Below, piece by piece: positions 21,600 to 32,646 of a stretch of 64,000 bases of DNA. Made by a program: the position numbers and the translations under genes. The notes beneath the pieces were generated by a model. It was given only the letters and a program-made list of their open reading frames with translations, had not been told where the DNA came from and ran no database searches. The stretch is from the NCBI RefSeq assembly GCF_902713615.1, contig NW_024055676.1, positions 744,877-808,876 of the forward strand, given 5' to 3'. Position 1 is the stretch's first letter, and each line of letters begins with the position of its first letter. The stretch is from Scyliorhinus canicula. Lineage: Eukaryota.

Positions 21600-22980
21600 C
21601 AACATGATCTACATCGGTACCAATAATACCCACAACTGGCAAAGCTACAGGCAGCTGATACAAATACACAGACAGATAAACAGACACAGACACTATACAT
21701 ACATGCACACAGACCCACAAACATACACATGCTCACACGTAGACACAAACACACACATGGACACACACATAGAAACACATGCATAAACATACACCCAGGC
21801 ACAACGAACCACACATATTTTGACACAAAACACACGCAAACGTGCGCAAAAAATCACAAACATGCACATAAACACAAATAAACACATGTTTATACACACA
21901 CAGACACACGTGCACATCCACGCATACACACACAAATCCACACACACAAGCGGCTACACAAATGTACACAAACAGACACATACAACCACATGTCCACACA
22001 GATACACAAACATATGAAACGAGACAAGCAGACTGACTGAAGAATATGAAACACAAATGTAACCAACAACATATACAATCGCACAATTACACGATGACAG
22101 ACAACCAGAGACAATAATCCACACTAACACACTTATGGTCACACATGGACACATATTAGCATACCCATACACATTCTAGCACAAACACACATTAGTGCAC
22201 CTAGAGGCATCAATACACATCAATAGATAGTTATAAACATTCATCAACGCATAAATAGCACTGCTGCCTCACAGCGCCATAAACCCGGGTTCGATTCCAT
22301 CCTTGGGTGATTGTCTGTGTAGAGTTTCCACGTTCTGCCGTGCCTGTTCCCGTTTCCGCCGCCTGCTCCGGTTTCCTCCCACAGTCCAAAGATGTGCAGG
22401 TTAGGTGGATTGGCCAGGCTGTATTACCCCTTAATGCCCACAACGTTAGGTGGGGTTACCAGGTTCTGGGGACAGGGCAGGGGCATGCGTCCAGGCAGAG
22501 TGCTCTTTGGGAGGGTCGGTGCAGACCCAATGGGCCGAATAGCCTCATTCGGCACAGTAGGGATTATATGATGATGATTCTATGATGAAATACACGCATC
22601 AACAAACACACACACACACAAACGCACTTATCCAGACACAAACATTAAGACCCTGACATGCATGTTGAACGTATAAAGACACATTAACACTTTTATTACT
22701 GGGCAGGTAAGTATAAACTCATATTAACACAGACATTAATATATAAACATAGTCTTCAACACACAAACACACACAATAAACACTCATATATACACATTGA
22801 CAGAAGATAAACAAAGTTCTCATTCAGGCACCGACACACAAATACACAGATCAATACTCATTGACACATGAACACACACAATGGCACTTATAAAGACATC
22901 AGGATACACAAAAGAAGACTAAAGTAAAACACAAATTTCGCATCTACACAGACACAAAAGATAAAGAACAAACACAAACG
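21600..22980. repeat. Degenerate (CA)n-rich tracts interrupted by a SINE
   Basis: AC-rich low complexity. The Cys/Val ORFs on the - strand are artefacts. Confidence 0.85.
22245..22590 (+). mobile_element. HE1/V-SINE-like tRNA-derived SINE, representative copy. Others (approximate): 3590-3680, 4630-4720, 22985-23170, 24820-25085, 27590-28060, 28610-28808, 29010-29200, 30120-30650, 33625-33830, 38500-38685, 41190-41400, 43330-43660, 46080-47290, 59310-59520, 63440-63705
   Basis: Conserved body ...GGTTTCCTCCCACAGTCCAAAGATGTGCAGGTTAGGTGGATTGGCCA..., tRNA-like head and CR1-like tail GGGCCGAATGGCCT. Confidence 0.85.
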
Positions 22981-23333
22981 TCAGGCAATGGCGGCATAGT
23001 GGTTAGCACTGCTGCTTCACGCCACCATGGACCTAGGGTTGATCCCGCTCCTCGGTCTGTGTCACAGTGGAGTTTCCCCATGACCCGTGAGTCCCACCCC
23101 GACAACCCAAAGATGTGCAGGCCAGGTGGATTGGCCACGCTAACTTGCCCCTTAATTGGAAGAAAAAAGTTACAGAGATCGATTTCTGAGTGTCATGAAC
23201 TCAACTTTAGATATGCAATGACAAATATATTAAAGAATGAATTAGCAGAGGGAGAAAATGAAACGAGAATATTAAAAACAAAACGTGTATTAACAAAAAA
23301 TCTGATTATATTTATTCGGCTCTATCCTCATAG

Positions 23334-23461
23334 ACACCACAGACCACACCTGGACTGAAGAAAATGAGGATGATAACGGGAACATCTGGACAACCGCTTC
23401 CACATTCATCACCCTGTTCGTCCTGAGCATTTCCTACAGCGCTGCAGTCACTCTGGTGAAG
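23334..23461 (+). CDS. IGHM: IgM transmembrane exon TM1
   Basis: ctcatag| acceptor. DTTDHTWTEENEDDNGNIWTTASTFITLFVLSISYSAAVTLVK, with a CART-type TM motif. Donor |GTGAGA. Confidence 0.95.
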
Positions 23462-23599
23462 GTGAGAAGATTCAATCCACTCACACATCAAACTGACAGA
23501 AGTCGTTTAAAAACACTAAATGTTTGATTGATTAAAAACTCTAACATCAATGTCCCAGATCATAAACATCTGTTTCATCATTTTCTCTCTCTTTTACAG

Positions 23600-23608
23600 A
23601 TCAAGTGA
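23600..23608 (+). CDS. IGHM: IgM TM2 exon (IK*), giving cytoplasmic tail KIK
   Basis: Polypyrimidine tract ttttacag|ATC AAG TGA, with AATAAA at about 23672. Confidence 0.88.
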   Translation: MK

Positions 23609-24412
23609 TGGGTTGACGTTCGGACGCTGTAGATTCCCCTCAGCTGTTTATTATGATCTGTGTGTGACAGAAATAAAATATCTCCTCTTGGTGACTCTAA
23701 CAGTAAAATTCTCTCAGTTTATATTCTGCATCTGTAACTGAGACAATCATGGACAGTATTTCTGCTTTTCAGTTTAAAATGTACGAGATAATTTTGGCTG
23801 TATTGTAATTGTAGCTAGTAATTTCTCTCAATGTCATGTCTAAATAAGTAATTTACCTCGTACCTTATTTACAACAGTTACCTTCCCTTTGTGTTGAGCT
23901 CCTGTTCTCTCTTGTGTCTGTTACAGTTGTACATACATTTGGCAGCTCAGAGGGCGTGTGTTCTGTTCTCACTGTGACCCTAAATCGTTATGTTCCCTTT
24001 TGTAAACATCAAAATAAACTTTTGTGTAATATTTTCTCTGAAATTTTAATAAATATTGAATGAAAAATGAAGACAGTAAGATTAATCTGAACTCCTTTCT
24101 CTTAGGTCCATCGGCACCGCCCCACTTCGCCGATTATACAGTTGTCTCCCCTTTCCCAGACAGATATTTCTCACCAGTCCTGTCTGGGATGTGTCCGAAC
24201 TTAAGGCCCCTCAGTGAAAGAGCCACTGCGCCACCAAGCGGCCCATCCGGGTAAAGCCAACTTCACCTTTGCCGTTTTATGGTAAACTCCAGAGACAGAA
24301 TGATTTCACAGCTGATGGAAGAAATGTCTCCTCACCTCTGTCCTAAATTTTAACCCCTACCTCTGAGAATATGCCTCTGGTCCCAGACTCTCCCACAAGA
24401 GGAAACAAGATG

Positions 24413-24560
24413 ATTGTTCAGGCTGTGTAACTGTTTCAAGCTCTTTCCACAGTCAGTTCACTGGAACACTCTCACTCAGGTGTGTGTGTGTGTCGGGGCG
24501 TTTCCAATCACACTGATGTCTGAAATCTCTTCCCACAGTCAGAACAGACAATCACATTGA
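24413..24560 (-). pseudogene. Relic of the 5' degenerate-finger region of a C2H2 ZNF exon
   Basis: The reverse complement matches 31510-31660 (GATTTCAGACATCAGTGTGATTGGAAA...GAGTGAGAGTGTTCCAGTGAACTGACTGTGGAAAGAGCTT). Confidence 0.65.
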
Positions 24561-25199
24561 CAGTTTGATATTTAGATGCTAATGAATTGAGTGACTGTCA
24601 GATCTTGATGTTATATTTGGTTCGAGTTGCCCAGCTGCCAATCCTCCCGTTCTAATGCCTGAAAAAGAAGTTTACAAAAATGATCACTAGAAGAACAGGG
24701 TAGAAATTCACAACAGCTCATTTTAGTTTCTATCAAACCTTCTTTCCTCTCTTGCTTTCCCCAAGCATGTGGTCCAGTCAAAATAAAAGACCAAAATCAG
24801 CTAGAAGCCCCAACAAAAGTGTGACTGCCTGTGCGGAGTCTGCCTGTTCCCACCGTGTCTGCGTGGGTTTCCTCCTGGTGCTCCGGTTTCCTCCCACAGT
24901 CCAAAGATGTGCAGGTCAGGTGTGGCCATGCTAAATTGCCCTTATGTTAGATGGGGTTGCTAGGTTACAGGGATAGGGTGGAGGTGTGGTCTTAAGTAGG
25001 GTGCTCTTTCCAAGAGCCGGTGCAGACACGATGGGCCGAATGGCCTCCTTCTGCACTATAAATTCTATGATGGTATCTCTATGTATTGAACAATCCAGGG
25101 AGGTGGGAGAGAGGCAGGGAAATGAGAGCCGGAAGGAAGGCACGAGATGCATTAACGAACATGGTATCTCCAGGAGTCGGGGACGAGGAGAATAAAGAT

Positions 25200-25545
25200 G
25201 GGGGCAGCAGGGTAGCATGGTGGTTAGCATAAATGCTTCACAGCTCCAGGGTCCCAGGTTCGATTCCCGGCTGGGTCACTGTCTGTGTGGAGTCTGCACG
25301 TCCTCCCCCTGTGTGCGTGGGTTTCCTCCGGGTGTTCCGGTATCCTCCCACAGTCCAAAGATGTGCGGGTTAGGTGGATTGGCCATGCTAAATTGCCCGT
25401 AGTGTCCTAATGAAAGTAAGGTTAAGGGGAGTGTTGTTGGGTTACGGGTATAGGGTGGATACGTGGGTTTGAGTAGGGTGATCATGGCTCGGCACAACAT
25501 TGAGGGCCGAAGGGCCTGTTCTGTGCTGTACTGTTCTATGTTCTA
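25200..25545 (+). mobile_element. Near-full-length, young HE1/V-SINE-like SINE
   Basis: GGGCAGCAGGGTAGCATGGTGGTTAGC head, GGTTCGATTCCC B-box, V-type core and (TTCTATG)n tail. Confidence 0.9.
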
Positions 25546-25749
25546 TGAAAGACAGGAGCAACGGCAGAAGCGGAGGTGAGCGCAAGACGGCAGCGAGATC
25601 CGTCCGGGAGAAGCAAGCGACAACACCAACACCAAACCCATTCGAGTATTGCTCACTGTAATTGTTTCTCCGGCAGCCGAATGTATATTTACCTCCCCAA
25701 TCTCTCCCCCCTCACCGCCCCCCTCCCCCCCCCCCCCCGCCCGCAAACA

Positions 25750-26024
25750 GTCGTTTACTTGTGTATTGTAAATTAGTTTGCCAGGTGTACAGAGTTGCTG
25801 CTGTTGAGCTGGTGCACAATACCCTACCAGTTATTCTATTTTATTTTTTATTGTATTTTAAAAAATTATTCACTATTTTCTTTTCTTTGGTATGTTGGGT
25901 GTGTCCTTCTCTTCTACACATGTGTGTGTATATATATATATATTTATATATGTTTCTTATCCTGTGTACATAACGGTAAATATACTTTGTTCAAAAACCC
26001 AATAAAAAACATTTACCAAAAAAA
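25750..26024 (+). mobile_element. Probable L1/Tx1-like 3' tail
   Basis: T-rich UTR ending in AATAAA plus an A-run, with no coding remnant. Confidence 0.4.
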
Positions 26025-26049
26025 ATGTATTGAACAATCAGCGAGTCAG

Positions 26050-26450
26050 CCTGAAATCTGCCTCACAATGCCCGGGTGATTGACGGCAGCTCCGGACCAA
26101 TAGGAAGTGGAGGGGCGGTACTGGAGGGCCGAACGGCAGCGGCTGGTCCTCCAACCAATCGGAGTGAATGAGGGGCGGGGCCCGCTGTGTTTGAAGCATG
26201 CGCAGTGTGGGTAATGGCGATGTAGAAGGATGTCTTTCAGATCGGAAATCGGTATGAGGCGTTTAACAATACGGAGGGAGCGAGAGATCGCGGGGGTGGG
26301 CGGAAACGTTGTTTAAAGCTGTTGCAATCGCAAACCTCTGAAATGTTTACGGGACCCAGTTTGTACGGAGCGGGGCTGCAGCTCCTCATCTTCGGCTCGA
26401 GTTAACGGCCGCCATCTTTATTGGATGTGCATCAGGGCGCATGCGCGTTT
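26050..26450. promoter_or_regulatory. CpG-rich, probably bidirectional promoter of the ZNF cluster
   Basis: CCAAT boxes (26096, 26155), GGGGCGG boxes, GCATGCGCA, YY1-type GGCCGCCATCTTT 26407-26419 and NRF1-type GCGCATGCGC 26437-26446. Confidence 0.65.
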
Positions 26451-28106
26451 CTCATCTTTGTCGGGGCAATGTCACAATGAGTGGGAGGAGCTTGTTCCCC
26501 ATTGTTCAGAATGGAGACAACCTGTCCGTCAAACTGGATTAGTCTTTCAGTCCCAATGTCTTATTGATGATGCAAAGCGGTGGCAGAGATGGAAAGAAAA
26601 GGAAGCCAATCCTGCTCTCCAGATTTCGCTGTCTCATTGTCCATCCTGTCCCATGTGTCCAAAGCTCTGTGGCCCTGTTCAGCCACATGAAGACCCAGGG
26701 CAGAAACTCACAACCCTACGTCAGCATGACCCTCAAATCAGGGGACTGCTGATGATGAGGGTCAGTGTGCAGCGGGGCCGGGGGGGGGGGCGAGGCGGCA
26801 TGAGCTGTAATCCTGGACCAGGGAGCAGGAAGAGAGGTCATTGTGAATTTCTATACTGAACTGACTAATTGATTTTGGAAACTCCTTTTATAACGGATTA
26901 GTCGGGGAGGATTTACACACAGCAAACTCAAACCAGGAGAAATGATTATCTTTCCTGAATTTTATTTCTGGACTGACAGTGATGCCTTTGTAAACTTCTT
27001 TCACAGGGGCTGAGAAAGGGATTCGCAGACAGGAAACTCACAACCAATCCTCACATCAAATTCTGACAGCACTTTTCTGGTGATCAGGACCTGGAGATTA
27101 TCGACCTTTGTGTGTAAGCATTGAGTTCAAATCATTACCACACTGTGTAAATTTTCTTCCTCATATCTCCCCTGTAGATCTTGCTCACAATCTTAAATCT
27201 GTGTCCCATAATCCTTTTACAATCTGCTATTGAACAGCTTTTCTTTATCTTTTGCTGGGTTTGCTGTTGTAATTTCCGGTGCCTGGGTCGCTGCCGGGAG
27301 GTCTGTCCGGTTTCATTCCCTTTTCCTGTTTTTGTAGTGGTTGAATGGGCTTGGACCAGTTCATTTAAGATCCAGAAAACAGTTGAAATCTCCTCCAAGA
27401 ATTAGTTGATGTGTATCCATGTATGGGGGAACAATTCTTTTTACAAATGCCACATTGTCCTAGTTAGGGGCATAGCCATTCACCAGCATCACCAAGGTAC
27501 CCGCCAACCACCCACTGACCACCATGGTTGAATGGTGGAGTGGACTCGATGGGCCGAATGGCCTTACTTCCACTCCTATGTCTTATGGTCTTATGGTTAC
27601 ACTGCTGCCTCACGGCACTGGGATCCCAGGTTTGGGTCACTGTCTGTGTGGAGTTTGCACATTCTCCCCGTGTTTGCCTTGGTTTTGGCTCCACAACCCA
27701 AAGATGTCCAGGGTAGGTGGATTGGCCACGCTAAATTGCCCCTCAATCGGAAAAAATGAGTTGGGCACTCTAAATTCATATTTTAAAAAAACATTAACAC
27801 TGCAATGAAGTTACTGTGAAAAGCCGCTGGTCGCCACATCCTGGTGCCTGTTTGGGTACACAGAGGGAGAATTCAGAATGTCCAAATGACTTAACAGCAT
27901 GTCTTTCGTGACTAGTGAGATTAAACCAGAGCACCCGGAGGAAACCCACGTAGACACAGGGAGAACATGCAGACTCCGCACAGACAGTGACCCAAGCCAG
28001 GAATCGCACCTGGAATCCTGGAGCTGTGAAGAAACAGTATTACCCACTGTGCTACAGTTACTACCCGTTAAAACATGTTGCTTGGCCAACAGAAAACATT
28101 ATCAAA

Positions 28107-28196
28107 GGGCTTGTCCGGGATTTGAACCCGGGGCCTCCCGCAAATTTCGAAACCAAAACACCCGAAGCGAGAATCATACTCCCAGACCAACGAGCC
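28107..28196 (-). tRNA. tRNA-Pro(CGG) gene or pseudogene with an 18-nt intron at position 37/38
   Basis: GGCTCGTTGGTCTGGGAGTATGATTCTCGCTT-CGG-G [TGTTTTGGTTTCGAAATT, 28143-28160] TGCGGGAGGCCCCGGGTTCAAATCCCGGACAAGCCC. About 5 substitutions relative to vertebrate tRNA-Pro, including A14G and an acceptor C5-A68 mismatch. TTTT terminator at 28093-28096. Confidence 0.85.
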
Positions 28197-28365
28197 CCTC
28201 AATGAAGGCAGTCGCCTCCTCTGGAGTCTCAAAATCAAAGTCTTTGGACTCATCTGCAACTCATAGCTTTGCTGGGTAAACCACCCCGAATGGAACTCCT
28301 TTCTTCGATAGAGCAGCCTGAACCTTATTAAATGCCGCTCGCTTCCTCGCCAACTCGGCTCCCAC

Positions 28366-29000
28366 ATCTTGGTAAATCCTCACTAGGATAACTGAGTGAA
28401 TCCCTTCCCACACTTAGAACAGGCGAATGGTCTGTCGCGGGTGTGACGGTGATGATGAATTTCCAACTCACAGGAGATCTGAATCCCTTCCCACAGTCCC
28501 CACATTTCCATGGTTACAGCATGCTGCTGGTGTCCTTGTCCCTCTCCAAGTTTGACGATCAGTTGAACTCAAGTGTGTGTGTATCGGGTCTTTTTTCAGT
28601 AACGCTGATCTTTTTAAAAAATAAATTTAGAGTATCCATTTTTTTTTCCAATTAAGGAGCAATTTAGCATGTCCAATCCACCTACCCTGCACATCTTTGG
28701 GTTGTGGGGCTGAAACCCATGCAAGCACGGGGAGATGTGCAAACTCCACACGGACAGTGACCCGGGGCCGAGATCGAACCTGGGACCTCGGCACCGTGAG
28801 GCAGCAGTCCCAGTCACACTGATGTTGAAAATCTTTTCCTACAGACAGAGCAGACAAACATTTCTTCGTCTACATTCACAGGCCAATGATATTCAGGTCC
28901 TGATGAATGGAGTGACTCTGTTAAATCATGCTGTGAGGTTTGATTTGAGTTTCCATCTGTAAATCCTCCCCTTGTAATATCCTGTAAGAGGAGTTTATAA
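28366..29000 (-). pseudogene. C2H2 ZNF pseudogene split by a SINE (28610-28808)
   Basis: Minus strand gives EEMFVCSVCRKRFSTSV and WKCGDCGKGFRSP...[20 protein letters not shown] with frame breaks. The acceptor region is homologous to the other ZNF exons. Confidence 0.8.
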
Positions 29001-29522
29001 AAGTCATTAGGGGCAGGCACAGTGGCTCAGTGGTTAGCCGAGAACCCGGGTTTGATCCCGGCCCTGGGTCTCTGTCCATATGGACTTAGCACATTCTCCC
29101 CTTGTCAGCATGGGTTTCAATCCAAAAAGATGTGACGGATAAAATTACCCCTTAATTGGGACAAAATACAATTTTGTACTCTATATTTAATAAAAAAAAC
29201 AATCGTCAGCACTCAGTCCAGGATAGAAATTCTGAACAGACAATTCTAGTTTCTCTGGAACATTGTTTGCTCTCTTGTTTCCCCCAAAGCTGTAAATCCC
29301 CGTCCCACACACTCTCCCTCCTCCCTGGGCTGAAATCCAAACCCATCTCACCATTTCTTTCCTCCACTCCCAGTTTTCTCCCTCCCTCTCCTCTGGGTTC
29401 AGTTCTGCAGCTCCTGTCTGCAGACTGACAATAAAACCAATGGGTCTTATTGGGGACTCCAGCGGGTGTTTGTGAATACTCCCTGTCTACCTCCCTGGGT
29501 TTCCTTCCTCCCCACAGACCAG

Positions 29523-29951
29523 GGCCGCGATTCTCTGGTCCGGCGTCAGAGTGCCGGCGCCAAAACAGGAGTACTTTACTCCGGCGCAGGTTCTGAGACC
29601 CGATTCCCGGGTGCTGGGGGGTCCAGCACAGCGCTGAAGTGGCCCATCCCCCACAGGCCGCCCCCGGACCGTTCAACCCCGAGGTCCAGCCGGGCCCAGA
29701 GCATATTAGAACAGCACCGGCGGGACTAGGATTTTTTCAGTCGGCCGGTCGATCCATTCGGGCTGGAGAATCGCGGCGCCGCCGGAGGATCGCCGCTATG
29801 GCTGTTTGCGCCGATTCTCCGTGAGGCCCAGCGCCATGCGCGCCTGCCCGATTTTTTTTTGGGTGGGAGAATGGCGTTGAGGTGGCATGGCGCAATTCGC
29901 GCAGTCCCCTGCCGATTCTCCGGCCCGGCAGGGTGTCGGAGAATCGCGACC
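29523..29951. mobile_element. MITE-like non-autonomous element with 13-bp terminal inverted repeats and internal hairpins
   Basis: GGCCGCGATTCTC ... GAGAATCGCGACC (1 mismatch), internal GGAGAAT..GATTCTCC dyads at about 29764-29820 and 29866-29920, and AG on both flanks. Confidence 0.65.
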
Positions 29952-31765
29952 AGAGTCCTCTGATGATTTGAGCCCAACCTCGAATCACGTTAAATTTCCA
30001 TTTAATTGGGAAACAAAATTAAATGAAATTTCGTGGCTCCACAAAGTGTTTCCAACTCCTGCCTCCCACCCCGTTAACAGGTGGATGCAATTATTTTTCT
30101 TACTGAAAGGGTGGTCTCTGGGGCCATGGTAGTGCTGTGGTTAGCACTGCTGCCTAATGGCGCTGAGAATCCGGATTCGATCCTAGCCCCGGGTCACTAT
30201 CCATGTGGAGTTTACACATTCTCCCCGTCTCTGCGTGTGTCTCACCTTCTCAACCCAAAGATGTGCAGGGTAGGTGATTTGAACAAGCTAATTTTGCACC
30301 TTAATTGGAATAAAAAGTTGGTTGCACCAAATATATTTTTAAAAACTCTTTCCTAATGTTTACAATTAAAGGTGTGGTTACCCCAGGAGAGGGGTACATT
30401 TCAGGGACAGTAAATGGACAGGTATCCGTCTCATGTTCTTATCTGGTACAGACCAAAGATGTGCGGGTTAGGTGGATTGGCCATGCTAAATAGCCCGTAG
30501 TGTCCTAATAAAAGTAAGGTTAAGGGGGATGCTGTTGGGTTACGGGTATAGGGTGGATACGTGGGCTTGAGTACGGTGATCATGGCTCGGCACAACATTG
30601 AGGGCCGAAGGGCCTGTTCTGTGCTGTACTGTTCTATATCTATAGATTAGATATATTAATTACAGTTCCGTAATAAAATTCATAATTATGTCTCGCCATG
30701 TACTATAAGACTGTAGCTACGTTATAGATTTCCAGCTATCTCTTCACCCAGAGGGTTGTGTTGGATTTCTCTTCCACAGGGACCAGTTGTATCTGGGGGT
30801 CATTGAATATATTGAACCGCAAGTTAGACAGATATTTTATTGACAATGGAGTTAAGGGTTACGGGGAACATGTAGGAAAATAGAGTGAAAGCTGAGATGA
30901 GGAGGGATCTCTTCACTCGAGGATGTGATGAAGCTTCGGAATTCTCTACCCCAGAGGAATATGGAGCCTCAGCTATTAGGTATGTTCAAGACAAATATTG
31001 ACAGGTTTCTAGATGTTGAAGATATCGAGGGATATGGGAATCGTGAGGGAAAATGGTGCTGAGGTAGATCGGCCAAGGATCTCATTGAATGGTTGAGCAG
31101 ACTCGGTGGGCCGAATGGCCGACTCTTGCTCCTATTCTAATCTCTGTGTCCTGGTCAGGAAGCAGTGAGCTGAGCTTGGAACTGTCAATCAACATGAATC
31201 AGCCCTTCAGGAGAATTGGGAGGGTGAATATTAGATACAGCAGAGTGAGAATGGAGGGAGATTGTGTCGGATGGAGATTAACAGCTTTTGGAGAAGGAGA
31301 GAGGAAATTATATTCCATAGGAAGTAGAATTGTCTATTCTGAATTCCTATCCTGTAATAACAGTGATGACTTTCGTAAATTGTTTTTAAAGGATATTAGA
31401 AGAGGAGGAATTATAGACAGAAATATCAAACATCACGTCTCGATGTGACAAACTCACTCGATTCCTTTTGATCTGAAAACAACGGGCTCTGAACATCATC
31501 GACGAGAAGGAGAAAAGTTTGTCCGATCTTTCGGCGTCAAAAGATTTGAAACATCAGTGTGACTGGAAAAGCACCGAGACCCACACAACACACATCCGAG
31601 TGAGAGAGTTCCAGTGAACTCACTGTGAAAAGAGCTTCAACCAGACACACGTCCTGAAAAAAACATCACACCATTCCCAGTGAGGAGAGACAGTGCACAT
31701 GTTCTGTGTGTAGACAATGCTTCTCCTGATTGTCCAACCTGGAGAGACACGAGGAGACCCAAAAC

Positions 31766-32632
31766 ATGGAGAAACCGTGGAAATGTGCTGACTGTGGGAA
31801 GGGATTTAGAGCCCCATCTGTGCTGGAGATTCATCGCCGCAGTCACACTGGACAGAGGCCATTCACCTGCTCTCAGTGTGGGAAAGGATTCACTCACTTC
31901 TTTAACCTGCAGTCACACCAGCGAGTTCACACTGGGGAGAGGCCATTCACCTGCTCTCAGTGTGGGAAGGAATTCACTCAGTTATCCAGTCTGCATACAC
32001 ACCAGCGAGTTCACACTGGGGAGAAGCCATTCACCTGCTCCCAGTGTGGGACGGGATTCAGTTCTTCATCCAACCTACGGAGACATCAGCGAGTTCACAC
32101 TGGGGAGAGGCCATTCACCTGCTCCCTCTGTGAGAAGGGATTCAGTGATTTATCCACCCTGCAGACACACCAGCGAATTCACACTGGGGAGAGGCCATTC
32201 ATCTGCTCTCAGTGTGGGAATGGATTTACACATTTATCCAATCTGCAGACACACCAGCGAATTCACACTGGGGAGAGGCCATTCACGTGCTCTCAGTGTG
32301 GGAAGGGATTCAATAACTCTTCCAACCTTCGGAACCATCAGCGAGTTCACACTGGGGAGAGGCCGTTCACCTGCTCTCAGTGTGGGAAGGGATTTGTTAG
32401 TTCATCCACCATGAAGAGACATAAGCGAATTCACACTGGGGAGAGTTCATTCACCTGCTCTCAGTGTGGGAAAGGATTCAGTGATTTATCCACCCTGCGG
32501 AACCATCAGCGAATTCACACTGGGGAGAGGCCATTCACCTGCTCTCAGTGTGGGAAGGGATTCAGTAATTCGTCCAACCTTCAGAAACACCGGCGAGTTC
32601 ACACTGGAGAGAGGCAATTCATCTGCTCTTAG
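31766..32632 (+). CDS. C2H2 zinc-finger protein, 10 tandem fingers, truncated by a TAG at the start of finger 11
   Basis: First ATG at 31766. CxxC-x12-HxxxH repeats with TGE(R/K)PF linkers, no KRAB or SCAN visible. The TAG at 32630 is followed by in-register TGT GGG AAG GGA TT. Confidence 0.85.
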   Translation: MEKPWKCADCGKGFRAPSVLEIHRRSHTGQRPFTCSQCGKGFTHFFNLQSHQRVHTGERPFTCSQCGKEFTQLSSLHTHQRVHTGEKPFTCSQCGTGFSSSSNLRRHQRVHTGERPFTCSLCEKGFSDLSTLQTHQRIHTGERPFICSQCGNGFTHLSNLQTHQRIHTGERPFTCSQCGKGFNNSSNLRNHQRVHTGERPFTCSQCGKGFVSSSTMKRHKRIHTGESSFTCSQCGKGFSDLSTLRNHQRIHTGERPFTCSQCGKGFSNSSNLQKHRRVHTGERQFICS

Positions 32633-32646
32633 TGTGGGAAGGGATT

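Noticed and set aside
23600-23608. Cytoplasmic tail KIK rather than KVK
   Set aside because: A conservative single change with no evidence of functional meaning.
24100-24260. GC-rich stretch with a GGTGGCGCAGTGG A-box-like word on the minus strand
   Set aside because: No convincing B-box or cloverleaf, probably a degraded SINE head.
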